From Blastocystis sp. subtype 4 (Eukaryota): a stretch of 34,971 nt of DNA. The notes below the pieces were generated by a model. That model saw only the letters and a program-made list of their open reading frames with translations, did no database searches and had not been told where the DNA came from. The stretch covers positions 1 to 34,971 of the forward strand of contig NW_014569461.1 of the NCBI RefSeq assembly GCF_000743755.1, given 5' to 3'. The translations under genes were made by a program, and so were the position numbers. Of the stretch, positions 21,303 to 32,655 are shown piece after piece (the first letter of the stretch is position 1; the number at the start of each line of letters is the position of its first letter).

Positions 21303-22289
21303 TCACTCCAACACCGTTTCTGCACCCAATTCCTTCAGTTTTGCAACCAGTGCCTCAGCCTCTGCCTTGGGCATGTTCTCCTTCAAAACAACAGGAACCG
21401 ATTCCACCATCGTCTTACTCTCCTTCAAGCCCAATCCTAGTAAGCCACGTACTTCCTTAATAATCTGTAAATTACAGTTCTATCCCACTCCCACCTTAAT
21501 CTTATCCTTTGCATCGTATTTCACCAGCTTCACATTGGCTGTCTTTTTCTCCTTCTTCTCCCCTGCAGCAGCAGCAGGTGCAGCACCACCTGCGTCACTT
21601 GTTCCGCCCACAGCAGGAGCTGCAGCAACTGGAGCAGCAGCAACTGGAGCAGCCAACACATCAGGAAGACCCAAACGTTCCTATGTATCACGAAGACTAT
21701 CTACTACAACTTTTATTAGGCGCGTAAATTGACTAATCTGCACAAAATTCAAAGCAAGAACCTCATCAACTAACTACACCCTAAAGCATCCAACAGTGAA
21801 ACGAACCTTTAGAACCTTCTCTTCCACAGGCTGTTTGCCATTCGAATCCACTGGCTTTGTCTGGATCGTCACTTCCTTCCCATCAGGCCCTGCAACCGTG
21901 GTAAAACATTCTTCCTTCTATTCCATGACATAAAAATCGTAACCAACTACCTTTACAACCTTAATCTCCTCGTTTGGTGTCTCCTGAGTCGCCTTCACTT
22001 TCGAGGCCTCTGCAGCCCGTTCCTTCTTCACCTTTTCCGATGCTTCCTTTACTTTCTTTTGAATATCTTCACCTTCTGCCCTCTAACCATGAATGGAACA
22101 AAATAGACAAGCCTACTTTCTTAGCGTCTGTTGAGAAGAAGACCTGGCTCCTGGACATTACGGGAGTTCGAAAGACCATTGATTGTGTAGAATAACGGAG
22201 AGAAGCGGCTGATCTACTCATTACTCGGTGCAATGAACTAAGAACGAAAGGACACGAATGCAGCTCCTGATATGTTGCTTTGCGAACAT
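21303..22289 (-). CDS. MRPL12: Mitochondrion-related-organelle ribosomal protein bL12 (L7/L12) with targeting presequence
   Basis: R/S-rich presequence, [16 protein letters not shown], Ala/Pro hinge, [33 protein letters not shown]...[12 protein letters not shown]. Confidence 0.9.
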
Positions 22290-22365
22290 TTTTCTACCGT
22301 CGCGGATCAGTATCTGATGACAACCATAAGATAACCAAAACCCCGTTTAGAACAACAAACAACAA

Positions 22366-23748
22366 TCATCCTCGGAATGTAACCATGTGAGTGACGGTAT
22401 CCAACTTTGTACACAAACTCACCATTTTGTTTGCAGAAATCACATTCTTTGTATACCACTCCTTCAACTTTGCATTCTTCTCCAATTCCAATCCAAGTAG
22501 CTTACCCAACTGTTCCTGACGAATCTTGCCTCCATTCCGAATAAACGTATCTTTCAACTACAGTCACAGTCGCTATCCTCCCCTACCAATTGTTTCATCT
22601 GTGCAGCCTCGATATCTGAGTCTGTGGACTGGTTCTCCTCTTCAGAATCTGACTCCTCTAACAAATCACTCAAGGAACTGTCCTCCTCTGAATCATCACT
22701 TGTGTCTGTAATCAATTCTTTGTCCTTCTCTCCATCCTTCTTCGTTGATTCATCATCGTCGTCATCTCTCTACCCATTACAACCCACATCCATCCCAACA
22801 GGTCCCTCTTCTGCGAACTTTCGCTCATCTTCGGCCTCAAGATTAGGGACCACAAACTCTTGATGATCGCTGTCATCACTGAAGACAGCTGCATCCACCT
22901 CATCATTCGCTACAATGACATCAACACCTCACTCTTACGCTCCACATCCATCAGTTCATCTTCCATCTATCCCTTAAAACTACACTTCAAAACCTACACG
23001 AGACAACTTGGTGTCACCATCTTCGTCACCATCTTCATCCTCCTCATTAGCATGATCTCGTTTCTTGGGTCTACGAGACAACATGTCGTCATCCACCCCT
23101 TTGAAGCCAGCCTCTATTTGTTTGAAATCCTGATCTATCGATTTCCCCACTTCTGTTCCCTTCAGCCGTGTTGTTACTACTGATGTTGCTACTGCTGTCG
23201 AATCATCTCCTGTATCAATCGGACCTCCAAATTGCTCCTTCTCGCTCTTCCGTATTCGATCGCTTTCCATCTTGGTTATCAATCTTCCATTGTAGACAGC
23301 TCTCACTTTCTGAACGAAGAGGGCTGGTTTGGGACAATTCTTCTTACAATTCCGACCACAATTGCAACACCGTCGCAGAATATCTAAGTGTTACAATCCT
23401 GTTCGAATGTCACAATAGTGGGTTTTTACATCACTCTTTTCCGCTGTCATATATGTTCGCTCATCATTGTTCCTGCAGTTGATAGAGTCTACCACTGTTC
23501 CATGTTTTGCTTTGTATTGGTGGTTTCTATATTAAACCAAACAAAAAGAACTACAAGAACATGTTGTCGTCCTTCTCATTGTCAAAGAGGCGTCGAAGAT
23601 CTTCCGACTCACTTGCAGGAGGATCAAACATAATTGCAATCTCTTCCTGTTCCTTCTTTACTAAAGGAAGAACACCGGATTTCTTTCGACTGGAATGACT
23701 CGATGTTGTAGAGGTATTATCCGATGGAATCGAATGATGAACGGACAT
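22366..23748 (-). CDS. Hypothetical acidic nuclear protein, possibly TFIIF large subunit-like
   Basis: Multi-exon, long D/E/S tract with VFSDD and a compact basic C-terminal domain. TGA followed by TGTTTGTT (22361-22354). Family call is weak. Confidence 0.4.
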
Positions 23749-23806
23749 ACCAAAAAGGAATCTGAACAATCACAATTTTGTTCATTGAATCTACAATTTA
23801 TGTATA

Positions 23807-24977
23807 ATGGTTAATCTAATCCATACTCGAGCAGAAGATGGTTTGTTTCTGTACACACCCACATTACATATAGAGGGATGGATTACTCCAGATTCAGCCA
23901 AAGAATCCTTTGTAGAAATGGATTTACTGTTCGTTATGTATAGAGTAAACAGGAAGAGGAAGATACGCTCCAGAGTCCGAACAATGATACTCATCGGTTT
24001 CTAAGGATCTGCAAAATCATGTTAAGAGTATCAGGACTCTTGTTACTTGTGCTTCTCTGTGTAGTTGGTTATTTCGTACACAATATATTTCAATCTGTAT
24101 CGGATTATTAGTTTCAAATGATAAATAGGGTGTAACAGTTTCATATGAGGGCGATGATGGGCTGATGGAAGAAGAAGAAGTGGGTAACATCAATCAAGAA
24201 TCAGCTGTAGTTTTCTATTTTCAATTTGTTCGGAATGCATCAGCCCATTCCTGAGTATACCATTTCTCTGTCCCTAGAGGAAATCAATACAGGGATTACA
24301 ACAAATGTACTGTGTGTATTTCTCTTCTGATGGACTAGTATACTCTCGACCTCACCCAGCATTGTCCCTACTGTCGAGGAGAGGGTGTTCACTCACGTCC
24401 GTGTCCTTTGTGTGGGGGCCGTGGGGTCATCAACACTCCTAGAGGAATGACCTATTGTACGCGATGTGGAGGTCATGGAGTCATTTCAGGGAGTGTGTGT
24501 GAGCATTGTCATGGTTCTGGTATGATCAACCACCAGCATGTCCTCCAACTGCGCATTCCTGCTGGTGTTCCTGATGGGTGGTCCAAAGTGTTCAAGGTGG
24601 AAAACCAGAAGGTAAGGATTCGTATGCATCAGAAACCACACCCCGTGTTTCAGCGACAGGGCGATGATATTGTGATACACGTTCAGCTATCCTTGAAAGA
24701 AGTAGAGGAGATGATTGTATTGACATGCAGGCTCTATTGGGAACGACAGTTCAGGTTCGCACCCTTACATCAACGCCAGCAACAGTAACCTTCTCTTCAG
24801 GGTCTGTCCAACCATTCAATGAGGTGAGGATAAAGGGAAAAGGGTTGCCTCACCCTTCATCCTGGGTGAAGAGTGCTTTAGGTTTGAATCGAGGTGATTT
24901 GGTGGTGATTCCGGATGTGTTGTTTCCTGAGAGTTTGACTGAGCGTCAACAAAAGGGAATCGAAGAGGCTTTTGAGT
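23807..24977 (+). CDS. DnaJ zinc-finger plus C-terminal domain protein with N-terminal TM and no J domain; poly(A)-made stop
   Basis: Four CxxCxGxG repeats, LRIPAGVPDG, HPVFQRQGDD, LSLKEALLG, GKGLP, GDL. Ends IEEAFE, then T(24977), TAGA, TGTTTGTT. Confidence 0.85.
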
Positions 24978-24981
24978 TAGA

Positions 24982-24989
24982 TGTTTGTT
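24982..24989 (+). terminator. TGTTTGTT polyadenylation-positioning element (representative; also 3308, 6348, 6493, 8738, 13278, 15090, 20496, 22354, 26612, 30644)
   Basis: The exact octamer recurs at gene 3' ends on the coding strand. Confidence 0.85.
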
Positions 24990-24999
24990 TAGAAAGTGA

Positions 25000-26058
25000 C
25001 ATACTTTGTACTATACTACTCTTATTTGATATTTGTATCCAAGTTCTTTCCTATTCGCATCCCCTTTATTCATAGCTGTGTTCTCTCATTCACCATTCGC
25101 ATTTCTTCTATTCACTACTCCATTCGTCTCTACTGCACCAAAGGTTCTTCAACAAACAGTTCACTGAGGATGCTGTAATAAAAACACGATGTCTGGGATC
25201 CGTCGCTGAATTGAAAAGGTCATTGCCTGGTAAAATGTCAACTCTGTATCTCACTCCCATCACTCCTTCCTTACCTTCCTTCGGATATCGACGGAACCGA
25301 ACTAACCACTGCGTTAACAAGGTTACCAAGAGAATTTCACATAACATAGACAACAGTACCATACGTGTAACACGAAAATAAATAAGAAACAAAGAACGAA
25401 ATACGAGGTTTAGAGCTATGGCGAAATCCACCTATCCTATCAATATCCACTCCTGAAGATACAAAAAACAAGTACAAACGGTTCCGACTCGAAAGAGCGA
25501 CGATTCCTATTAACATGGCTAAGGTATCCACAATAGCTGTCAAGTCGAAAGAGCGAAATTGAATACTGAATACAGACACCACCTTGGTTCATTAGTATCA
25601 GAGTATTCCTACAAAGTTGACCACTAAAATGAAGAATATCCAATATTCCTTCTTCAAATAGTTCAAATTCTCTTCAGTAAAGGATTTCCACTTGGACATG
25701 TTGTCCCATGAGAGTATCTACAATCATATCACTCATTCACTCGGTACACTTCCAGGTGTCATCCTACAAATCAGTCCATCTCAAAAATCCCCAACAATGG
25801 GTTTCGATTCTGAAGTGACGGACGAACAGGTTCACTTGCCCCAATTGATGAGGTGCTCAGGATACGAATGCCTTGAATAGGTGACGGTGGTTTTATCTCT
25901 GTAGAAGGGGAAGACTCTTCTACTGAAGGTACCACTTCCTCAGGATATGGATTGTATTGTCTACAAATCAATAGAGCAGTCGGTATCCACTCAAAAAACG
26001 AATCCACCTGATGAAGACTAGAAAGTTATTCAACTGCAGTTTTCTCACAGATACTCAT
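25000..26058 (-). CDS. Hypothetical multi-pass membrane protein; boundaries approximate
   Basis: Exon-like ORF pieces with hydrophobic helices (25108-25431, 25337-25582, 25771-26007) separated by ~30-nt introns. Confidence 0.45.
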
Positions 26059-26174
26059 AGTTGGTATACGAAATCATCGATTTCCTTTCAACATCAGCGT
26101 TATATAGTGTTCACACTCTAACTTTTTCCCGCGGGTTTCTCTTCCAGCTCACAGATCTTCACTGTCATTCTTTC

Positions 26175-26591
26175 ATGTCAGCTAGAGTATTTGCAAGTTT
26201 GCCAAAGCAGTTTGCTCGCGCTGCTCGCTTCCAGAAGTAGTAATTGGGAATTTGTGAGATTGTAGGATGAAGAGCCCCTCAATCAATCCCAACATCGCTT
26301 TTCAGTTCATGAAACGTCCTTCGTCTCTAATGACACGTCGAATGGCACTTCGTTTGCAAACGTGTGAAGTAGAGGCGTATGCATTCGTTAATTTCTTAGA
26401 TGCAGCGCCTACAGATTGGTGCTCTGTTTATGTTCACGCGTGTCTCGCAGGAGATTATTGAAATGATGCGAAAGTATCAAGAGATGTTGGATGATGAGGA
26501 CCAATTGGACGAAGATGAACAGACGTTGGTTACCGGGTATGCTGTGATGCATAGAACAGTAACAACTAGAAGCCTGACATCGTCGCTTTAG
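26175..26591 (+). CDS. Small hypothetical protein with organellar-targeting-like N-terminus and acidic C-terminus
   Basis: MSARVFASLPKQFARAARFQK...EMLDDEDQLDEDEQ. Several short introns, TGTTTGTT at 26612. Confidence 0.5.
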
Positions 26592-26651
26592 AACTTTGGG
26601 TTGGATTCTGTTGTTTGTTTAGAAGAATGAGTATTGGCCTCATATCACACA

Positions 26652-27572
26652 ATGAACTCTCATTTTGCAAAAGCATGGATCCACACCTATGGGAAGGCAG
26701 TTAGGTTGAAGAAAACGCTAGGCCAGCATATTTTGCATGACGAGGCAATCTTGAGAAGGATTGCAAATACTGCAGAGAATATCTTTCTATCGCTTTTTTT
26801 GTCGATTCCTTGATCTTCAGTAGATAAACAGGACAGAGTTTTGGAAATTGGCCCTGGATCGGGTCAGCTCACCAAATACCTATTACAATCAGGTTGCATC
26901 ATTGTAAAGAAATGGTTGTCGTAGTCATATAGAGTGCAATTGAAGTAGATACGGAAATGCTTCGGTTCTTGGAATCGTTATTCCAACTAGAGATTGAAGA
27001 GAAAAGGCTGGTATTGATTCGTGGATCTGTTTTGGATGTGGAGATCCCGCCCTTCACTAAGTGTGTTGCGAACATTCCATATTATGTTTGGAGTCTTTAG
27101 AAAGGGATTTCTTGTAGATATCATCCGATTTGCTTCAACTCTTTATTCTGTCAAAACGATTGGATGCCACCTATACGCTTCTAGTCCAGAAAGAGTTTGC
27201 AGAAAAATTGATGGTCTCGTAGAAGTTCTTCTACTAGAGGTAATTCTTAGGAAGAAGCATGACTCCACATTTCTTAGTACCTTTGTTCAAAGCTATTTCC
27301 ATATCGAGTATCAGTTCAATGTCAGTCGTTATTGCTTTTCACCTCCACCTTCCGTCGAATCTGCAGTCATCACTATGAAGCCTAATCCTTCGGTGTCACC
27401 AGCTTGTATTGCCAATCCTCAGAAGTATCAATCTTTCTTGAGAGCATGCTTTAGGTCAAAAAACCAATCTCTGCGAAAGAATCTGAAACGGTGGAACGAA
27501 TCAGTACAAACAGATCTGTCGTGTCGGCCCTGGGAGTTGTCAAGTGAAGAATATATGAAGTTATTTAGCTAG
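26652..27572 (+). CDS. KsgA/Dim1/mtTFB rRNA adenine dimethyltransferase (probably organellar)
   Basis: KKTLGQHILHD, RVLEIGPGSGQLT, AIEVD, VANIPY, CFSPPPSVESAVI, RPWELSSEEY. Confidence 0.9.
26779..26820 (+). other. U12-type intron with AT-AG termini (42 nt)
   Basis: 5' ATATCTTT, branch TTCCTTGAT, in-frame TGA inside. Removal gives IANTAEIDKQDRVLEIGPG. Confidence 0.82.
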
Positions 27573-27597
27573 TCTTCTTGTTCACAAGAAACATCTC

Positions 27598-28423
27598 TTA
27601 TTTCTCTTTCATGTTTGGCAATTCATCCATTGTTGTGACTTCACGACCCTATTGCTAAACTCTTTATCTCGTCCCCACATCTGTAAACATTTCAATTAAG
27701 AGAGTAGTCAGAATCCATCCTAGGATCACTCCTATCACAATAAAAACAATGCAAGCAACAAGAGGATGACTAAACAGATAGGAACTGATCATCTCTGCAA
27801 TTTTCTATTCTCATACGTTAATTCGGATACTACCTCATTTGCATCCATCATGGAAAAAGACTCACGAGGAATCACCCTTAGACCATCCAGACCGGAAAAT
27901 CCAGCTCGAGCAAATTCAATAAGAGCTTGTTCTTCTCGTTTACCCTTGAATTCACTGAAGAACCCCTAACAATGAGACTCGGACCCAATTTGCACATTTT
28001 CCATAAGGAGTAAAGTGGGAAAACCATCTACGTTAAAGCGACGAGCCAGCTTCTCTTGCATTGTTGCATCGATCTTCAACTCAACCATTCCACAAAATAC
28101 TACTTCAGCAACATTTACTTCCTGATCTAACGTCTCCGCAATATCCTCCCAAATGGGTGCCAATCGCTTACAGTGACCACACCACTATCCATCAAATTGG
28201 ATCCGAAAGTCTCACTGGAGCATAAATCTTTACGAACCATCGTCCTGAACCTTCGGTCATCACCAACTCATCAAAGTTATCATCCGTAAGTGTGATAACA
28301 TCTTTCCGTCAATCACAGGAAGTATCTATACCACTCAAAACAGATGAAAAACACAAGAACAAAACAAACAATCTACAAACTGTGAGAATCGGAAGAGTGT
28401 TATCTATCCAAATACTTATTCAT
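27598..28423 (-). CDS. Single-domain PDI/thioredoxin family membrane protein (TMX-like)
   Basis: Signal peptide, WFVKIYAP|WCGHCKRLAPIWE, IDAT...LARRFNVDGFPTL, C-terminal hydrophobic segment. Confidence 0.85.
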
Positions 28424-28522
28424 GTGAATACTACACAACTTGTGAGAAAATGATTCTTGTAAGAAGAGCTGTTCAGTAGTTCTTAATGATTAAGACCAAA
28501 AGAACTTTGCAGTTTTCTCATC

Positions 28523-29012
28523 ATGGAGGAGGGACCGAAGAGTCACATTGTTACAGATGGTATTTCGGATCTACATAATCTGACTCTTTCCTTTGTGAAT
28601 CGATTTAGTGATCTACTAACAGGTGTTCTCATTAAGGCTTCGGATGTGAGCAAGAAGCCTGGTAGCGGCGATTTCAATTATGAGGAAGCTGTTGGTGTGA
28701 TGATTGTTTCTAAGAGTAGATTGATAGTCGAATTATTGGTCTTTTGGAGGATGCAAAGACATTTGAAGCCATTGTTGATGAAATGGAGGAGTTTACAAAA
28801 ACGGAAACGTAGTATCCATCGTTTCATTGAACTGTAGTCAGCAACTAGCAGAAATTGCTGAATTGAGTAAGGAAAATAAAGAAGTGACAGAATCGTTGAA
28901 ACACATATTGACAGAATACCGTTCGGATTTGTGGGATTGAAGTGATTTTGCAGAGGAAGTTCATCAGCAACTGACAACATGTTTGGATGCTTTTTTGGAC
29001 CAAGCGATATAG
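28523..29012 (+). CDS. Probable Mediator subunit MED21 (Srb7)-like
   Basis: TDGISDLHNL...AKTFEAIVDEM...QQLAEIAELSKENKEV...LDQAI* follows the MED21 helical pattern (DRLTQLQ...AK.ID.LI..L...Q...L..LE.EN). Confidence 0.55.
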
Positions 29013-29132
29013 TTTGTATAATAGGAACCCAATATATTTGTAAAAAGGTTCATGTATTCATTTGTTTGTCTTACAGTAAATTCTTGTTTCTTCTTGTGTT
29101 TTACAGCGTGACCAACTATTCGTGTTGCTACT

Positions 29133-30641
29133 ATGATAACACAAACGATTCAGACGATCTTATCTCTTATTAGTGATGTCGTTTGTTTCGTGTTCTCTGC
29201 TCGATTTATTAACACTGTTCTTTTTTCATTCCTCTTTTTCGTTTCAATTGGTGCTGCGGAAGAAAAGCATGTATGAACACTGATCACGCTTGATCCTTAG
29301 GGAAAGAATGGAAAGAGTAAAATATCGTAGAATTTGACACATACTTGATAGACAGAAAGGAATCTAAGCGATATGTTCAAGCGACGAATCGGAAGAAAGG
29401 TGATAAGTTTGATTGGTGGTCTTTCCTAATCACGTAGAGGAATTTCGTTTGTGAGTACAAAGGAGAGATCCAAACCGTCTTCTGGTAAGTGGTGGATTCT
29501 CTTGGTTTTAGGAATTGGATCGTTTGTATACATTTCCAAAGTTCAATCTACCCAGTCTCCCACTCCTGCAGCTGAAAAAGTGAATTCGGTAATCAAAAAG
29601 GGGTTTGAGTTTGTACAACACTTATTAGCTGATGCAGTATCAGTTTTCCAGTCACTTGTGGCCTATGGACTTCCTAGTGCTTCTTTTCTGCTTGATTCCT
29701 TGTATCAATCAATCACTCAAATCCGCCAAAAGTCACAGAATCCTTTCCTGGTGGATCTTGCATTTGGAGTCTTCTGTATTGTCTTTTTCATTCTCTGTCT
29801 CTTTTTCATCTATTCTATTTGCAGGCTCTTCCTCTATCTTTCTGATCGTTCTATTCGTCATGAACACACAGGTCTTGCTTCTTCAGAACACCGATCCATG
29901 GCTCCATCAGATCATCGTTCTATGACTCCCCCTGATCGTAAAACTCCTGTCAGTCGCCGAGTCTCTCAATCCAACCACAGATCCACAATCGCACCAACAG
30001 ACAAACCTGGAATCATCCAGTCGGAAGGAGGCAGTCTTTTGACCTCTACAAAGAGAAGAGTTTCGATTCCATTTTCAGAGAAACCGTTTTTGGAATTACG
30101 TAAACTCTGTCACACGGAGAATGCACAAAACCAATATAATATATTTCTGGATGTTTACATGAAGCGTTGTGATGGACTTCAAACTTGATCTGTAGAGCAT
30201 ACTGATGCTGGGGTTTTAGCTGATATGTACTGTTGGTACTATTGATTGGAGTGATCTGTAGTTCAGAATGAGGTTCAGTCTCCTATTCGAATAGATACTC
30301 CAGTGAAACACCATCCCGTGAACAAGGAAGAGTCCAACTCTGAGCTTCCTGAACCTCCGACAGAAGTCGAGCCAATTTCCGTTGAAGTGGAGAAGGATAA
30401 TCTCTCAAGTGACATAAAGATGAAACTGTCGGAAGGAGTACCTTTCATAGAGATGCGTAATTAATAGATCGATAATGAACTCTTACAGAACATTATGGAT
30501 GATATAGAGCGTATTGTAGTGTTTCGTGTGTCTTTTAATGTATAGTCAAAGAATGGCGATTTGTCAACAGCAGAAGCAGTCTCCACTTTGCGTGCTTCGA
30601 CTCTTGTTTCATCAAAAGGAGGTTTGTATTCTATTGGATGA
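29133..30641 (+). CDS. Hypothetical membrane protein with S/T/P-rich cytosolic tail
   Basis: 245-aa central exon with two hydrophobic segments, plus flanking short exons. TGA at 30639, TGTTTGTT at 30644. Confidence 0.55.
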
Positions 30642-30679
30642 CGTGTTTGTTGCGAAGATTTGACAGAGATTCATTCAAG

Positions 30680-32330
30680 ATGAAGTTTTGGTTGACTGAG
30701 ATCACTTCACTTGTTTTGTTTCTTCTCATTGTGATTGTTGTAAGACAAGCAACCTACTCTCTGGTAAGTTGAGCAATTTCCTTAATTACGTTGTAGACAA
30801 AGTATTCTTCTTTGTCAAACTATTGGATGGATTTAATTTATAGGAATCCTAAAGCATCGGATCTGATGGTATTATTACCTCAAGGGACAAATCGTGACAA
30901 AGAATCTCACCTATAACCTATAGAAAAGTTGGTTCTTGAAAATGGGATTAAGAATAACGACACCCCTCTTCTATGTCTAGCAACCTCTGTTATCACGAAA
31001 AAGGTTAGGCATATTGCTATCAGTGATTTGTAGAGCAAAAATAAGACTGTAGCACAACGCAACACAATCACCTCTTTGAATGCACTTCCTCGGACTCGAG
31101 TCATTGTATTCACAGATTCACCCTCATGGCTTCAATACTGCAAATCAATGGGTTTTGCTTCATCCAACTCCTATGAGTAGGTGTTCCACTACAGTCACCA
31201 TCAGACGCAACAACTGTAATACTCCCTTTTTCAAATCGATGATTCAGATCCTTCAGTCTACCTACACGTGCGAATTCTATGGCTATGTCAATGGGGACAT
31301 TCTATTGTCATCCACGATCATAGACGTCCTTTCGAACATTTCTCTCTTTATCAGGAAGGGTCTTCTTCATCAACGTGTGTTAATCACTGGAAGAAGAGTT
31401 AATGGGGAGATTCCTCGGTTGTCGTCTATTTCTTCCTCCTTCAGTAAGAATGATATTACAATCGAGTTGATGAAGAAGAGAGGAACCCTCTTTCGTGAAG
31501 ATGCATTGGTAGGGCTTCTGTGTGAAGATTAGGAAATAGGATTACTTTGTGTTTACAAGTAGCACTTATAATCTTAGCAGTCTTTTAGACGTTGTGATTG
31601 GTCGTCCTCTTTATGATAACTATCTTCTTCATATCATTAGTAACGATACAGAGGCTGATTTAGTTGATGCCACGGAGAGTGGTTGGTGTGGTATGTGTAT
31701 GTAAGGAATAGTTACTGCATTCCATCAAACGGATGAGGATGGTATATTTGCTGGACACAAACCGAAGGAAGATCTCAATTGGAATCGAAAACTCATAAAG
31801 AAACAGTTCGTTTTGGGGAATACCAATTTTTCAGACTATCGTATTGTAGATGGCTTCAAGTTAGTGAAGCATGAAAAACCCGAATGGTCTGTTTGTTCAG
31901 AATTATCGAGGCATATTCGAGAACGGTAATGGGTTAGGGTATCTAGTAGAATGAATAAGGCACTTCGAAAGGTTCAATCTTATGATATTGAGTCCATACT
32001 TCAGTTTCTAACTGATAACTATGTACTTGGTGACAAGATGATCTGCTTGATAAGTAATCATGTATTTATGTAAATACTCAAATGAAGAGAAATAGACTGT
32101 CACATATTGTGCTCAAATCGTTCTCATGCTGTACCATTTTGGAAATACCAGCGATGTGATTCTATATCAAGAAACATTACTATCCATCTATTCTCCTAAA
32201 TTACAATGGAGACACATAACGTAGTTTCCTTTTGCTGTAATATGACAACGATACAAATATGTTCGGGCGTTTCTTTTGCATTACGGTTCCTATTGGCTAC
32301 AAGAAGGAATAGCCAATAATACAAGTAGAT
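30680..32330 (+). CDS. Type II membrane GT-A-fold glycosyltransferase-like protein; 3' end approximate
   Basis: N-terminal TM, then TPFFKSM, FYGYVNGDILL, ITGRRVN, DYFVFT, VVIGRPLYDNYL, VDAT..VTAFHQTD. Confidence 0.6.
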
Positions 32331-32655
32331 ACATAACTTATGAATTGTGGATTTGTTTTATCAAGTCATTCACTTGTGTGTATCTACATCTGAGCAGACT
32401 GTAACAGTAGTTATTCACAACATGTTACTGTAGATGTTAATATCCATTGTGATGATAGTACTGTGTTACAGGGATGGTACGAGTCTTAGTTGATAATCAA
32501 TCAGTTATGGTTTCTAAAGATTGACATTAGTACGCTTTCTTCTTTAGTAATGTGCATTTTCATTATCATCAAGAAAATAGCTGTACAAATCTTCTGATAG
32601 AATTCTTTGCTATGAAACGATCACTACAATGAATAATCACCATAATTATTTGGGA

